DNA of 64,000 nt from a virus. Lineage: Duplodnaviria; Caudoviricetes. How positions within the stretch are numbered: the stretch's first letter is position 1; every line of letters begins with the position of its first letter. The position numbers and the translations under genes were made by a program. The stretch lies in the IMG/VR virus record IMGVR_UViG_3300026549_000030, positions 160,001 to 224,000 of that record; one strand, written 5' to 3'. This document shows, in pieces, positions 19,671-29,971 of the stretch. A model generated the notes under the pieces. It was not told the DNA's origin. It saw only the letters and a program-made list of their open reading frames with translations, and ran no database searches.

Positions 19671-20477
19671 ATGAAAAAGACAATAACGGAAAGACAGATA
19701 AAGGGCGCAATAGAAAATGTAATTCTTGAATATTTTAAGTCACCCCGAAACGCAAAGGCTCCTCAACAGCCGACGGCTCAACAAGCTAATGCGGAAGATG
19801 ATGACGAAAAATATAATCAAGTCCCAAAGGTTAGAAGTGGAAAGGAATGGCACGAAAAGGGAGGAAATTTCCCAATTGTTAGGGACGGAAAGACCTTTTA
19901 TGTGTCACGTTCAGTCGCCGTATCATTCTATGCCTTCTGCCAAGACAGGAATGGGGAATGGTGTGTTCTCGCAAATAAGAGAGGACCAGGTGCCCCGAAT
20001 AACAGGGGCAGGTGGAATGTTATCTGCGGATACCTCGATTATGGCGAGACTGCGGAAGAGGCGGCATTAAGGGAGTGTTGGGAAGAATGCGGACTCAGAT
20101 TGGACCCATCAGTTGTAAAACAACAGGGTGTCAACTCAAAATCAGAGAACGTAACAATAAGGTTCGCAGCCGTTCTTTCAGGAACAACAGACAACTATCC
20201 GCTTTCTATGGATAATTGCGAGCCGGGAGAAGTGACTTCCGTTGCTTGGGTTCCGCTATCAAAAGTGCCAATGCTCGAATGGGCGTTTGGACAGGGACAC
20301 AAGATTCTTCCTCAGGCTAAGACTTCTATCGGCTATGATGAAAAAACAATGAAATGCAATACCGACTTAACGTATAAGATTAATGCGCTCAAAAGCGAAC
20401 TGAGGGGAAACAACCCATATGCATTCCAATTGTTCTCGCAAATATTACAGGAGCTTAAAGAATACAGAATGTTATGA
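19671..20477 (+). CDS. NUDIX hydrolase with N-terminal tag
   Basis: GYLDYGETAEEAALRECWEECG Nudix box. Confidence 0.9.
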   Translation: MKKTITERQIKGAIENVILEYFKSPRNAKAPQQPTAQQANAEDDDEKYNQVPKVRSGKEWHEKGGNFPIVRDGKTFYVSRSVAVSFYAFCQDRNGEWCVLANKRGPGAPNNRGRWNVICGYLDYGETAEEAALRECWEECGLRLDPSVVKQQGVNSKSENVTIRFAAVLSGTTDNYPLSMDNCEPGEVTSVAWVPLSKVPMLEWAFGQGHKILPQAKTSIGYDEKTMKCNTDLTYKINALKSELRGNNPYAFQLFSQILQELKEYRML

Positions 20478-20764
20478 TAAAAATTTATTTGACAGAAGCT
20501 CAGTTAAACAACTATCTTAGAACGCTTTGCGAGGAAGAATATAATATCAAAAAGAAAATCGGCCCATTCGCAACACAAGAAGAAGCAGCCGCAGAACTTC
20601 ACAGGCTTAGGAAAGAAAACGGATTCTCTGACAATGACAGCTTCATTGAAGGAAATTATATTGTCCTATACATCGAAATGGACAGATTTGACGACGATTA
20701 CGTTGGAAACCTTTTAACTAATATAGATAAAAAATACGGAAAAGTTGCTGAAAGCCGCGATTAA
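20474..20764 (+). CDS. Hypothetical protein with N-terminal tag
   Basis: MIKIYLTEAQLNNYLRTLCEE. Confidence 0.7.
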   Translation: MIKIYLTEAQLNNYLRTLCEEEYNIKKKIGPFATQEEAAAELHRLRKENGFSDNDSFIEGNYIVLYIEMDRFDDDYVGNLLTNIDKKYGKVAESRD

Positions 20765-20805
20765 TTCGCGGTTTTTTTGTATGTTTGGTGAAAACATATT
20801 GAAGA

Positions 20806-22269
20806 ATGTTAGAACTAAACAGAATTTACAATTGCGATTGCCTTGATGGACTGAAACGGTTAGACGACAATTCAATTGATATGACAGTAACGTCGCCGCC
20901 GTATGACAATCTTCGTACCTACAGTGATAAGAATACGGGAGACGAGTGTATTTGGAACTTCGAAGTGTTCAAGCCAATTGCACAGGAATTATACCGCGTA
21001 ACTCGAAAGGGCGGCGTAGTAGTGTGGGTTGTTGGAGACGCGTGCCTTGATAATGGCGAAACAGGAAGTTCTTTCCGTCAGGCGCTCTATTTCCAAGAGC
21101 TTGGATTCAAGATTCACGATACAATGATTTACGAGAAGAACTCGTCGAGTTTTCCCGCAAAACTTACGTCGAAGCGCTATTCCCAAATTTTCGAATATAT
21201 GTTCGTGTTTTCAAAGGGTAAGATTCGCGGTGACTTGAAACTTATTGCCGACAAACGAAATAAGTGGGCAGGTTGGACAAACTGGGGCGAACATTCTCAG
21301 TACGACGCAGACGGCAACCTCATAAAGACACAGAACATTAAACCAATTGCTGAATTCAGCCTCAGGACAAACATTTGGAGATATCCCGTTTCTTTCAACG
21401 ACAAGACAGGACACCCCGCGGTGTTCCCAGAGAAACTTGCAGAAGATCATATCCTCAGTTGGTCAAATGAGGGTGAAACAGTTCTTGATCCATTTATGGG
21501 AAGCGGTACAACTGCTAAAATGGCAATGATGAACCACAGAAACTACATTGGTTTTGAGGTTAATACCGAATATTTCAAGAACTCTCTTCTTCGTGTAGAA
21601 AAATATGAAGGAAAATTCAACGATAAAGTGCAATCTGTCGATGTTCAGGAGCTGCAGGATATTGATGAGAAGGAAATTGACACGGATTCGTTACAGCTAA
21701 ATCCTGTTGACGATAAGGATTTGGAGAAAAAGGCTGAATTATGGAAGGAGCTTACCGCTGAACTAAGCGACTACTTCAACACACAGTCCCTCGGTATTCT
21801 TAAAAACCTTAAGGTAAGCCTCACATTCGCTTCCAAGGCGAATGACAAGAGAGTGGAGAAGGTACTTCAGGAACGTGGTGAACAACCCGTTCAACAACAG
21901 AAGGAAACATACGTTCCACCAACCGTTACAGTAGCACCAATAGAGACAGAGCCGCCGATTAAAATTCCAGAGTCAGAGGCTGAGGTTATCTTGCCCGAGA
22001 AGGTGGTTACAAAATTCCGATTAATCGTTAACGAGGAATTGGATAAAAGGATTAGCGAACTCAGAAAGGAACTTCACAAATCCGAGCCAGTGCAGCTTGA
22101 ACTGTTTCCGGATTATAAACCCATTACCATAACAGAACAGGATAAGGAAATGCTCCTTTCCGTACCGTCACCAACTCCGCAAAAGAAACGCGGGCGCCCG
22201 AAGGGTTCAAAAAATAAGACTAAGACGGTTATCCCGGAGGATAACGTTCCAATCAATCCAGAAGATTAA
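20806..22269 (+). CDS. Beta-class N4-C/N6-A DNA methyltransferase with C-terminal extension and AT-hook
   Basis: TSPPY, HPAVFP, LDPFMGSGTT; KKRGRPKGSKNK. Confidence 0.9.
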   Translation: MLELNRIYNCDCLDGLKRLDDNSIDMTVTSPPYDNLRTYSDKNTGDECIWNFEVFKPIAQELYRVTRKGGVVVWVVGDACLDNGETGSSFRQALYFQELGFKIHDTMIYEKNSSSFPAKLTSKRYSQIFEYMFVFSKGKIRGDLKLIADKRNKWAGWTNWGEHSQYDADGNLIKTQNIKPIAEFSLRTNIWRYPVSFNDKTGHPAVFPEKLAEDHILSWSNEGETVLDPFMGSGTTAKMAMMNHRNYIGFEVNTEYFKNSLLRVEKYEGKFNDKVQSVDVQELQDIDEKEIDTDSLQLNPVDDKDLEKKAELWKELTAELSDYFNTQSLGILKNLKVSLTFASKANDKRVEKVLQERGEQPVQQQKETYVPPTVTVAPIETEPPIKIPESEAEVILPEKVVTKFRLIVNEELDKRISELRKELHKSEPVQLELFPDYKPITITEQDKEMLLSVPSPTPQKKRGRPKGSKNKTKTVIPEDNVPINPED

Positions 22270-22862
22270 TGAGAAGAGAATCAAATTTTAAGAATGATAT
22301 TAACATTGGGAAAATAGGAGAACAGGATTTTGAGAAATTCCTTTCATCTTCTTCTAAGTGCGAACATTTTGAGAACGTAACAGAAGACGCTTTCTTTCAA
22401 TTATTAGATATCGACTACATTCAATTCACAAAACTGAAGGAGGACGGAACTCAGTACACATCTGAGGACGTGAAAGACGCCCTTCTTGGGCACAAGAAAA
22501 CGACAGAAAGGGACTTCTGCAACCTTTACGAAGTCAAGACGGATACTCGTTCGGAAAAGACGAGAAATGTCGTCTACGAGCTTATTTCGCACGATAAAAC
22601 GGGGTGCGCAGCAGCAACGAGAGCCGACTATTTCTACTATGTATTCACAGACGAGTACAATTTCGGAGAAATTAAAGAAAGGTGGCTGATTGATATAAAG
22701 AAATGGCGCCGCCTTATAAGAGAAAACGCAGAGAAGGGACAGGACGTGCGCTTGCACAATTTCGACAGAACCAAAGACCACGTTCTCAATTTCCTCATCA
22801 ATATCGAATATATGAAAGAAAACGGCGTAGCAATTAAAATTCAGCCAAGAAGCAATGGGTAA
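22269..22862 (+). CDS. Putative PD-(D/E)xK nuclease
   Basis: GKIGE...DID...YEVKTD pattern; coupled to the methyltransferase. Confidence 0.55.
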   Translation: MRRESNFKNDINIGKIGEQDFEKFLSSSSKCEHFENVTEDAFFQLLDIDYIQFTKLKEDGTQYTSEDVKDALLGHKKTTERDFCNLYEVKTDTRSEKTRNVVYELISHDKTGCAAATRADYFYYVFTDEYNFGEIKERWLIDIKKWRRLIRENAEKGQDVRLHNFDRTKDHVLNFLINIEYMKENGVAIKIQPRSNG

Positions 22863-23109
22863 CGAGAATTACAGTACGGTAAAACTATTCATACTCAGAA
22901 CATTCCTATCAATCGTAGGAATGTTTCGTTGTATTAGGTATAAGAAAGGAAAAACCTATTACGGAGGAAGAAACAAGCGCTACGGAGTCTACATGGGAAA
23001 GAAAACGTTCTATGAACAGTTCACAGTTGAAGGGCTCGGTTACTGTTACTATGATAATAAACCAATCAAATACAAGAATTGGGAACTTGGAATGTGGAAA
23101 TGGCTGTAA
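22855..23109 (+). CDS. Hypothetical protein
   Basis: 84 aa overlapping ORF. Confidence 0.6.
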   Translation: MGNENYSTVKLFILRTFLSIVGMFRCIRYKKGKTYYGGRNKRYGVYMGKKTFYEQFTVEGLGYCYYDNKPIKYKNWELGMWKWL

Positions 23110-23160
23110 AATTTGCTTTTCACATTTAAATTTCATATATTTGCCAAAAATTAGCTGAAT

Positions 23161-24450
23161 ATGACAATTAACGTTTATGACATTGTTAAGACATTGCTGA
23201 AATATGCAATTGCCGGCACTGAGTGGGAAGGACACGTCTACACCGTTGGCGGGTGCGAGCGCGACAGGCTTATGGGTAACGAAATCAAGGATATTGATAT
23301 CGTTGTCGATTTGCCCAACGGCGGTATCATGTTCGCGAAGTGGCTTGAAGAGAAGAAACTCACGAAGGGTTCCGTCGTGGTTTATGAGAACTATGGTACG
23401 GCAATGTTTAAGCTCAACGCAATGCCCGATATCGAAATCGAGGCGGTTCAGACGAGAAAAGAGTGCTATCGTGACATTTCCACGAGAAACCCAGAGACGG
23501 CGTTCGGAACAATTAAAGACGACTGCACGCGCCGCGATTTCACATACAACGCGATTTATTTCGACATTACAAATGGTGTAACGAGAGACTTTTCAGGTAA
23601 CGGAATCAAGGATTTGGAAAATAACATTCTTAGAACTTGCGGAGAACCTGAGATTATCTTTAACGAGGATCCTTTGAGAATCCTTCGTGCCGTAAGATTC
23701 GCAACGAGATTTGGCTCAGAAATTGACAACAGCGTAATAGATGGGATGAAAAAATTCTCCAATAGGCTCGAAATTATTAGCTTAGAGCGCATTCAGGACG
23801 AATTTTTCAAGATTCTAAGGTCAAAAGGCGCCAAGGAAGGACTTGAGTTAATCAACAGCATTGGGGCGAGAAAATACGTCTTGCCATTTGTTGACGACGC
23901 CAAAATGGAGAATATTATTTCCGTTGCAGACAGATTCGACAAATATGCATTATTGGAAATGCGCCTTGCAGCTATCCTATGGGATGAAGAACTTGCGAAG
24001 AAATCGCTTCTTTACTTGAAATGTTCTAATGAGCTTATCAAGAAAGTTTGCAATATTATTTACATTTCGAAGAAGATAGCCGAACTTAAGGATATGAATA
24101 TCTACTCAACGGGTGAGGCTTACGACTACAGGAAGATTCAATGCAAACATGACGAGATTACTGTTTGCCAGAGTGCTACTATACTAACATACGTCAAGGG
24201 AACTCATGAATACTGTTCTCACTTTTACAACATTGCATGTGAAATGAAGAGGAACGGTACCGAAACATACGGATACAAACTTCCTATTGACGGAGAGGAC
24301 GTAATGAGGGAAAGGAATATTCCCGCAGGTCCGGATGTTAAGTATTGGCTTGGAGAAGCAATGAAATATGCTTATATGAATCCTAAGATTACAAGGGACG
24401 AACTTCTTAGGATCGTTAGGGAAGGTTTAGTGTCTAGCATTAAAGGATAA
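23161..24450 (+). CDS. cca: CCA-adding tRNA nucleotidyltransferase / poly(A) polymerase family
   Basis: VGGCERD..DIDI, RRDFTYNA, EDPLRILRAVRF, ERIQDEF. Confidence 0.88.
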   Translation: MTINVYDIVKTLLKYAIAGTEWEGHVYTVGGCERDRLMGNEIKDIDIVVDLPNGGIMFAKWLEEKKLTKGSVVVYENYGTAMFKLNAMPDIEIEAVQTRKECYRDISTRNPETAFGTIKDDCTRRDFTYNAIYFDITNGVTRDFSGNGIKDLENNILRTCGEPEIIFNEDPLRILRAVRFATRFGSEIDNSVIDGMKKFSNRLEIISLERIQDEFFKILRSKGAKEGLELINSIGARKYVLPFVDDAKMENIISVADRFDKYALLEMRLAAILWDEELAKKSLLYLKCSNELIKKVCNIIYISKKIAELKDMNIYSTGEAYDYRKIQCKHDEITVCQSATILTYVKGTHEYCSHFYNIACEMKRNGTETYGYKLPIDGEDVMRERNIPAGPDVKYWLGEAMKYAYMNPKITRDELLRIVREGLVSSIKG

Positions 24451-24505
24451 ACGAGGTACATATTTTTATGGATTTAATGGAGTTTTTGCTATCATAAAAG
24501 TATTT

Positions 24506-25636
24506 ATGAATAAAAAAAATGCAAACATGGAAAGCAAAAGACGTTATAGAAAATGGACAAAAGAACTAATAATAGAAGAGGCGAAGAAATACGAGTATAG
24601 AAGCGACTTTAAAAAGTCAGAGCCTAATCTTTACAAGAAAATAATAAAAGAGGGGTGGACGAGCGATGCCTTCTCGCATATGGTTCACAAGCCAAGTATG
24701 TGGACAAGAGAAGCCTGTTATAACTCAGCCTCAAAATGTAAAACAAAAAGCGAATTTGCCAAAAAGTTTAACGGCGCGTATTCTTCCGCAAAAAAGCGCG
24801 GATGGCTTAACGATATTTCAAAAAAATATTTTACAAAAGTAGGGAGTAGAGGATTTAGGTGTATATACGCATATGAATTTCCTGATAATTGCGTGTATGT
24901 TGGTTTAACTTTTGACATACAAAAAAGGAATCAATCACACATGCATTCAGACACGAGCGCTGTTTTTAAACATATGAAAAAAACCGGGTTAACGCCAAAA
25001 CTTATAATTCTAACAGACTATGTTGATATAAATGAAGCATCAGAATTGGAAGGGGAAAAACTAGAAGAATACGTAAAAAATAATTGGATTCCGCTTAATC
25101 GTGCAAAAACAGGAGGAACTGGCAGTGTAATAACACCAAAGAAAAAACACGAAAAAGCAAAGAAATTCATATGGACAAACGAACTAATTGCTGAAGAAGC
25201 TAAAAAATATAATACGCGTAAAGAATTTTCGAAAAACTCCCCATCGGCATATTCGTGCGCAAGCAAAAAACGAATTCTAGATACCGTGTGCTCCCACATG
25301 TTGTTACTACAAAGAAGAAAATGGACTAAAAGTGAAGCACAAAAAGAAGCATTAAGATACGAGACAAGGGGAGATTTTGGTAAATATTCAAATGCTTGTT
25401 ATATTGTTTCTGCAAGGAATGGATGGCTTGATGATATTTGTAACCACATGAAAGATGGGCATCACATAATATACACCACAGAAATTGTAAAAGATACGGT
25501 ATCAAAGTACGAAAAAATGCAGCATTTAAGAGATTCAGACGACAAATTTGTAAGGGGCTGTTATTGGTGGCTGAAAAAGAAGAAATTAATATATGAATAT
25601 AAAAAATTTTTAAGAAATGGAAAAGTGGACAATTGA
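24506..25636 (+). CDS. GIY-YIG-like free-standing homing endonuclease with helical repeats
   Basis: CIYAYEF..VYVGLT..R; 4-5 WT.E...A.KY repeats; AT-rich. Confidence 0.7.
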   Translation: MNKKNANMESKRRYRKWTKELIIEEAKKYEYRSDFKKSEPNLYKKIIKEGWTSDAFSHMVHKPSMWTREACYNSASKCKTKSEFAKKFNGAYSSAKKRGWLNDISKKYFTKVGSRGFRCIYAYEFPDNCVYVGLTFDIQKRNQSHMHSDTSAVFKHMKKTGLTPKLIILTDYVDINEASELEGEKLEEYVKNNWIPLNRAKTGGTGSVITPKKKHEKAKKFIWTNELIAEEAKKYNTRKEFSKNSPSAYSCASKKRILDTVCSHMLLLQRRKWTKSEAQKEALRYETRGDFGKYSNACYIVSARNGWLDDICNHMKDGHHIIYTTEIVKDTVSKYEKMQHLRDSDDKFVRGCYWWLKKKKLIYEYKKFLRNGKVDN

Positions 25637-26825
25637 TTTTTTAAGAAAGAATAGCCTTATCGTTTATGAATATATGCGCGGAAGCCATAGCTACCATTTG
25701 AATGTTGATACCAGCGATATCGATGTAGGTGGCGTCTTCATTTGCCCTGGTTCATTTTTACTCGGAATGAGGGAATTTTACCCAGAACAAGTTGCAGACG
25801 AGAAGAATGACACCGTTTTCTATGAGTTCGGCAGGTGGGTTGAATTACTTATCAAGTCTAACCCTTCTGCTCTTGAAAGCCTGTTCGCTCCTGACGATTG
25901 TGTGATTGGCGAGGTTCACCCTATCATTCAGAAGTTCAGGGAGCATAGGGATTTGTTCTTGACAAAGGAATGCTTCAAGCCGTTCTACTCCTACGCCGCA
26001 ACGCAGATTCAGAAGTGCAGGGGCTATAACAAGAAGTGCAATATCCCTGAGGATTTCCAAAGGAAAGACATTCTTGACTTCTGCTACACGTTCAAGAATC
26101 AAGGCTCACAACCAATCAAAGACTTCCTTGCTGAGCATTTTCTTGATCAAAAATATTGCGGACTTGTTAACATTCCCAACATGAAGGACGTTTACGGAGT
26201 TTACTATGACTTCGCCGCATATTGGAAATTTGAGAATATTTCCCCGCTTGATAGATACAAATCAGTCAAGTGGTTCGACGACGGCGTAGCAAACATGGAC
26301 GCGTACGTTAGGCGAATGAATAATAAAGAATTCTTCCACTATAACGGAATCGTTCACCCAGACGAGATTACGAAGTCGAACACCGTTCGCCTCTGTTCGA
26401 TTCCAAAGGGAGAGAAGCCAATCTGCTTCATGACGTACAACAAGGATGGATATATGTCACACTGCCGCGACTATAAGGAGTGGGCAGAGTGGAAGGAGAA
26501 GCGCAACCCCGTCCGTTACGAGTCGAACCTCGGGCACAACTACGATTCGAAGAACGTAATGCACTGCATGAGACTTGTCCGTATGGCGAAGGAAATCGCT
26601 CAGGGCAAGGGCTTCAACGTCGTTCGTGACGAGGACAGAGAGTACCTCCTTGATATTCGTAACCATAAATTCGAGTATGAGGAAGTTATTTCACAACTCG
26701 AGAAGGAGAAGGCTGAGTTCGAGAAAGCCTTTGAGACTTGCACGCTACCTGATAAGGTTGACGTCAACGCAGTTAATGAGGTTCTCAAAGAGTGCCGTTC
26801 CGAATATTACGGATGGAAATACTAA
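25617..26825 (+). CDS. RlaP/YcgL-like Pol-beta nucleotidyltransferase
   Basis: RGSHSYHLNVDTSDIDVGGVF, KSNPSALE, YDSKNVMHCMRL. Confidence 0.8.
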   Translation: MEKWTIDFLRKNSLIVYEYMRGSHSYHLNVDTSDIDVGGVFICPGSFLLGMREFYPEQVADEKNDTVFYEFGRWVELLIKSNPSALESLFAPDDCVIGEVHPIIQKFREHRDLFLTKECFKPFYSYAATQIQKCRGYNKKCNIPEDFQRKDILDFCYTFKNQGSQPIKDFLAEHFLDQKYCGLVNIPNMKDVYGVYYDFAAYWKFENISPLDRYKSVKWFDDGVANMDAYVRRMNNKEFFHYNGIVHPDEITKSNTVRLCSIPKGEKPICFMTYNKDGYMSHCRDYKEWAEWKEKRNPVRYESNLGHNYDSKNVMHCMRLVRMAKEIAQGKGFNVVRDEDREYLLDIRNHKFEYEEVISQLEKEKAEFEKAFETCTLPDKVDVNAVNEVLKECRSEYYGWKY

Positions 26826-26864
26826 TCTTGACAATAGCCAATAAAACGTTATTTTTAAGACAGT

Positions 26865-27335
26865 ATGTTTCAGACAAATTACGGAAGTCCAAATATAGGT
26901 AAGGGGTGCAGCTTCGTAGGAACACCGAATTTCGGCTCGGAGCCGTACCTCATTACTATTGGTGATAAGACAACCGTTTCGTTCGATGTGGCGTTCGTTA
27001 CGCACGACGCTGCGACCAGGGTACTCAGAAATCTTCCCGGGCACAACCCTGAGACAGTTATATATGGTACAATCAACGTAGGTAAAAACTGCTTTATAGG
27101 CTGCAGAAGTGTTATCCTACCAGGCGTAACAATCGGGGATAACACCATTGTCGGCGCAGGAAGTATAGTAAATAGGGATCTTCCGGCAAACAGTGTTTGC
27201 GCGGGGGCTCCATGTAAAGTCATCTGCTCATTGGAAGAGTACGAAAAAAAACACAAAGATGACTTCCTATATATGGTTAGTCTGCCACCTGCGGAAAAGA
27301 AGAAATACCTACTAAACCATTTTAATAGAAAATAA
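26865..27335 (+). CDS. Hexapeptide-repeat (LbH) acyltransferase
   Basis: IGDK..FVTHD..VGKNCFIG..ILPGVTIGDNTIVGAGSIV..AGAP. Confidence 0.88.
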   Translation: MFQTNYGSPNIGKGCSFVGTPNFGSEPYLITIGDKTTVSFDVAFVTHDAATRVLRNLPGHNPETVIYGTINVGKNCFIGCRSVILPGVTIGDNTIVGAGSIVNRDLPANSVCAGAPCKVICSLEEYEKKHKDDFLYMVSLPPAEKKKYLLNHFNRK

Positions 27336-27359
27336 TTTTTATAGAAAGAATTTTATATT

Positions 27360-27890
27360 ATGAAAGGAAAAGTTATTGACAAATCATTGGAAAATTATGG
27401 ACAAGTCATTGATGTTGTTCTAAACAAGTACATGGGAAAATATACCGACGGAGTAAAGACGTACCCGAAGGATTCTATCTCATTCGACAATGTGGACGAG
27501 GTTGATAGCAACAAACCTGTCAATAAGGAACTCAATGAGCTTGCTTTCCGAGTGCTTCTAGCAAAGGAATCTGCAACAACAGAGAAGAGCACGGGCGAGC
27601 AAATTACACAAGACATTGATTACGCTTTCGGCGTTGCAAAAATGTTCCAAATTCACGCTGGATGGGTTCAGGAAAACGAGAGACGTGAGAGGGAACTGAA
27701 AGCAAATCCTTGTGAGGACGAGTGCTGCTGCAAGCCACTTAATGTAGAAGAAGTGCCAACAGAGGAAGTGGCGAAGAAGAAAGAGGAAGCCACCAACAAG
27801 CGCGGTAAGAAACCCGCCCCCGCCGAGCAAAAACCCGCAGAGGAAGAGGAGAAGGGACTTAACGATTATCTCGCTGAATTGGGCGAATAA
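27360..27890 (+). CDS. Hypothetical protein
   Basis: 176 aa ORF. Confidence 0.7.
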   Translation: MKGKVIDKSLENYGQVIDVVLNKYMGKYTDGVKTYPKDSISFDNVDEVDSNKPVNKELNELAFRVLLAKESATTEKSTGEQITQDIDYAFGVAKMFQIHAGWVQENERRERELKANPCEDECCCKPLNVEEVPTEEVAKKKEEATNKRGKKPAPAEQKPAEEEEKGLNDYLAELGE

Positions 27891-28507
27891 TGCTTGAAGG
27901 ACACGGTTATCTATTCGGGCAGAGCCTTAGGGCTCAGCCATACAGACTAAGGGAATTACTTGACGCAGGGCTTAGAGTCCTGTGTTTTCCTTGGTATGAA
28001 GAGGGCGGAACCGAGGAAGATAGGGAAAAGAGTGGCGATATTGCCGTCGCTGAAAAAACGGATAAAAAATACGTTATCAAAATTCGAGGACGGGAAGAAG
28101 AACCGCTTGTTTGTCTTTCAAAGCATTGTTCCGAAAAGGAATTTCACGAGGCGGTTATCAAACACCATATTTTGTTTATTGATATCTACGAACATATAAA
28201 CCACAAGGATATTTTCGATAAAAACGGAAATTTTGACAAGTCTAAGAAAGGTGAAATCCTTGACTATCTTGCACAGTCTGGATTCCTTCGCTCTTATGGC
28301 AAGGAGGAAGAAGATTGCCAAATGAGCCCGTTCCAAGTATTCGTTCGCGATTATCCGACATTCGGGCAAGACGGTCGTCCGATTATTGGACAATATCTAT
28401 ATAAGAAAGGAGACGTTAATTTTGGCGTACAATTCTCGTCAATTATTGACCCATTCTCTTATAGGCAAATGAGTTGGAGAGAATTCTTCTTGTGGCTTTA
28501 CGCGTAG
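27890..28507 (+). CDS. Hypothetical protein
   Basis: 205 aa ORF, stop/start overlap. Confidence 0.7.
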   Translation: MLEGHGYLFGQSLRAQPYRLRELLDAGLRVLCFPWYEEGGTEEDREKSGDIAVAEKTDKKYVIKIRGREEEPLVCLSKHCSEKEFHEAVIKHHILFIDIYEHINHKDIFDKNGNFDKSKKGEILDYLAQSGFLRSYGKEEEDCQMSPFQVFVRDYPTFGQDGRPIIGQYLYKKGDVNFGVQFSSIIDPFSYRQMSWREFFLWLYA

Positions 28508-28525
28508 GATTGGACAAAATCGGAC

Positions 28526-28556
28526 AAAAAAACCCGCCTTTCGAGGCGGGTTCTTT
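28526..28556. terminator. Bidirectional intrinsic terminator
   Basis: A-run, ACCCGCCT-TTCG-AGGCGGGT. Confidence 0.8.
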
Positions 28557-28558
28557 GT

Positions 28559-29899
28559 TTATTTTCCGATACCGAAATATTTCATTCCTGCGTCTTCAAT
28601 TTCCTGTTTCTTGAAGATATTTCTTCCGTCAACAACTACACTGCAGGACGGAAAGCGTAGTTTGAATGTTTGCCAATCAATGTTCCTGAACTCATTCCAT
28701 TCAGTAAGGAGAATTAGCGCGTCAAAATCCTCAACGTCAAATTTCTTATTAATCAAATTGAAGTGCTCTCTTGCGCTTGGGTACGTTACTTCCGTATTAA
28801 TAAACTTGCTGAAATTATCACCGGCAACAGGATCATATCCGTAAACCGTAGCCTGCTCATAGAGAAGACTTGACACCACAACCTGAGATGGGGCTTCCCT
28901 GATATCGTCAGTCTCGGGTTTGAAAGCAAGTCCCCATACGAGAACCTTCTTACCCGCAAGGGCACCAATATAATTACGGAGCTTAACGAGCGGAATAGAC
29001 TTCTGATATTGATTAGCCTCTTCAACGGCAATAAGCACGCGTAGGTCAATGTCATTCTCCTTTCCCGTATTAATGAGAGCCTTAACATCCTTAGGGAAGC
29101 AACTACCGCCGTATCCGCAGCCCGCATAAAGGAACTTGGAGCCAATTCTTGTATCAGTTCCTATGCCCTTCCTTACTGAATCTACGTCTGCGCCAACCTT
29201 TTCACAGAGGTTTGCAATCTCATTCATAAAGCTGATTCTCGTGGCAAGCATTGAATTACTTGCATACTTCGTCATTTCAGCACTCGGAATTGACATTGAT
29301 AGAATCTTTGAAGGATTGTTGATTGCAAACGGTGCATAGATATCTTCAAGAATTACCCTTGCACGTTCTGTCTTTGTTCCAATGACAATTCTGTCAGGAT
29401 TCATAAAGTCCGAAACAGCCTTTCCTTCCTTAAGAAATTCAGGATTGGAGGCTACGTCGAACTGAACGTCAACATTTCTTTCAGCAAGTTCTTTGCAAAT
29501 TGCGTCATGAACCTTTTCAGCCGTCCCTACCGGAACGGTGCTCTTGGTAATGAAGACAGTATATTTGTCGATAAGTTTTCCAAATTCGGAAGCTGCCTGA
29601 AGAATATACGTCAAATCGGCGCCACCATCGCCCCTCGGTGGAGTACCTACCGCGCAGAACACAACGTCGCAGTATTTGATAACCTCAGAGAGACTTGTGT
29701 GGAAAGTGAGGCTTCCATTCGCAGTGTTCTTCTTAACGAGTTCCTCAAGACCCGGCTCATAAATCGGAATTCCGCCGTTCTTCAATATCTTTATCTTTTC
29801 TTCATTAACATCTACGCAGTGTACGCGGTGCCCCATTTCAGCAAGGCATGTTCCCGTTACAAGTCCTACGTATCCAGTACCGATAATTGCTATCTTCAT
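28559..29899 (-). CDS. ugd: UDP-glucose 6-dehydrogenase
   Basis: IGTGYVGL, PIYEPGL, KSTVPVGT, NPEFLKEG, GYGGSCFPKD, GLAFKPETDD, DGRN. Confidence 0.95.
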   Translation of the reverse strand: MKIAIIGTGYVGLVTGTCLAEMGHRVHCVDVNEEKIKILKNGGIPIYEPGLEELVKKNTANGSLTFHTSLSEVIKYCDVVFCAVGTPPRGDGGADLTYILQAASEFGKLIDKYTVFITKSTVPVGTAEKVHDAICKELAERNVDVQFDVASNPEFLKEGKAVSDFMNPDRIVIGTKTERARVILEDIYAPFAINNPSKILSMSIPSAEMTKYASNSMLATRISFMNEIANLCEKVGADVDSVRKGIGTDTRIGSKFLYAGCGYGGSCFPKDVKALINTGKENDIDLRVLIAVEEANQYQKSIPLVKLRNYIGALAGKKVLVWGLAFKPETDDIREAPSQVVVSSLLYEQATVYGYDPVAGDNFSKFINTEVTYPSAREHFNLINKKFDVEDFDALILLTEWNEFRNIDWQTFKLRFPSCSVVVDGRNIFKKQEIEDAGMKYFGIGK

Positions 29900-29971
29900 A
29901 TTCTTTTTTATTTAAAAAATATGCTTACACGTGGATTAATCAATATTTTGTTTGTATATTTGGATTGTATT

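Noticed and set aside
24451-25636. Group I intron hosting the GIY-YIG gene
   Set aside because: Flanking genes appear complete and there is no room for an intron core
29507-29971. 5' extension of the 638 aa methyltransferase ORF
   Set aside because: Antisense shadow of ugd; promoter at 29955 and motif start support ATG 29972
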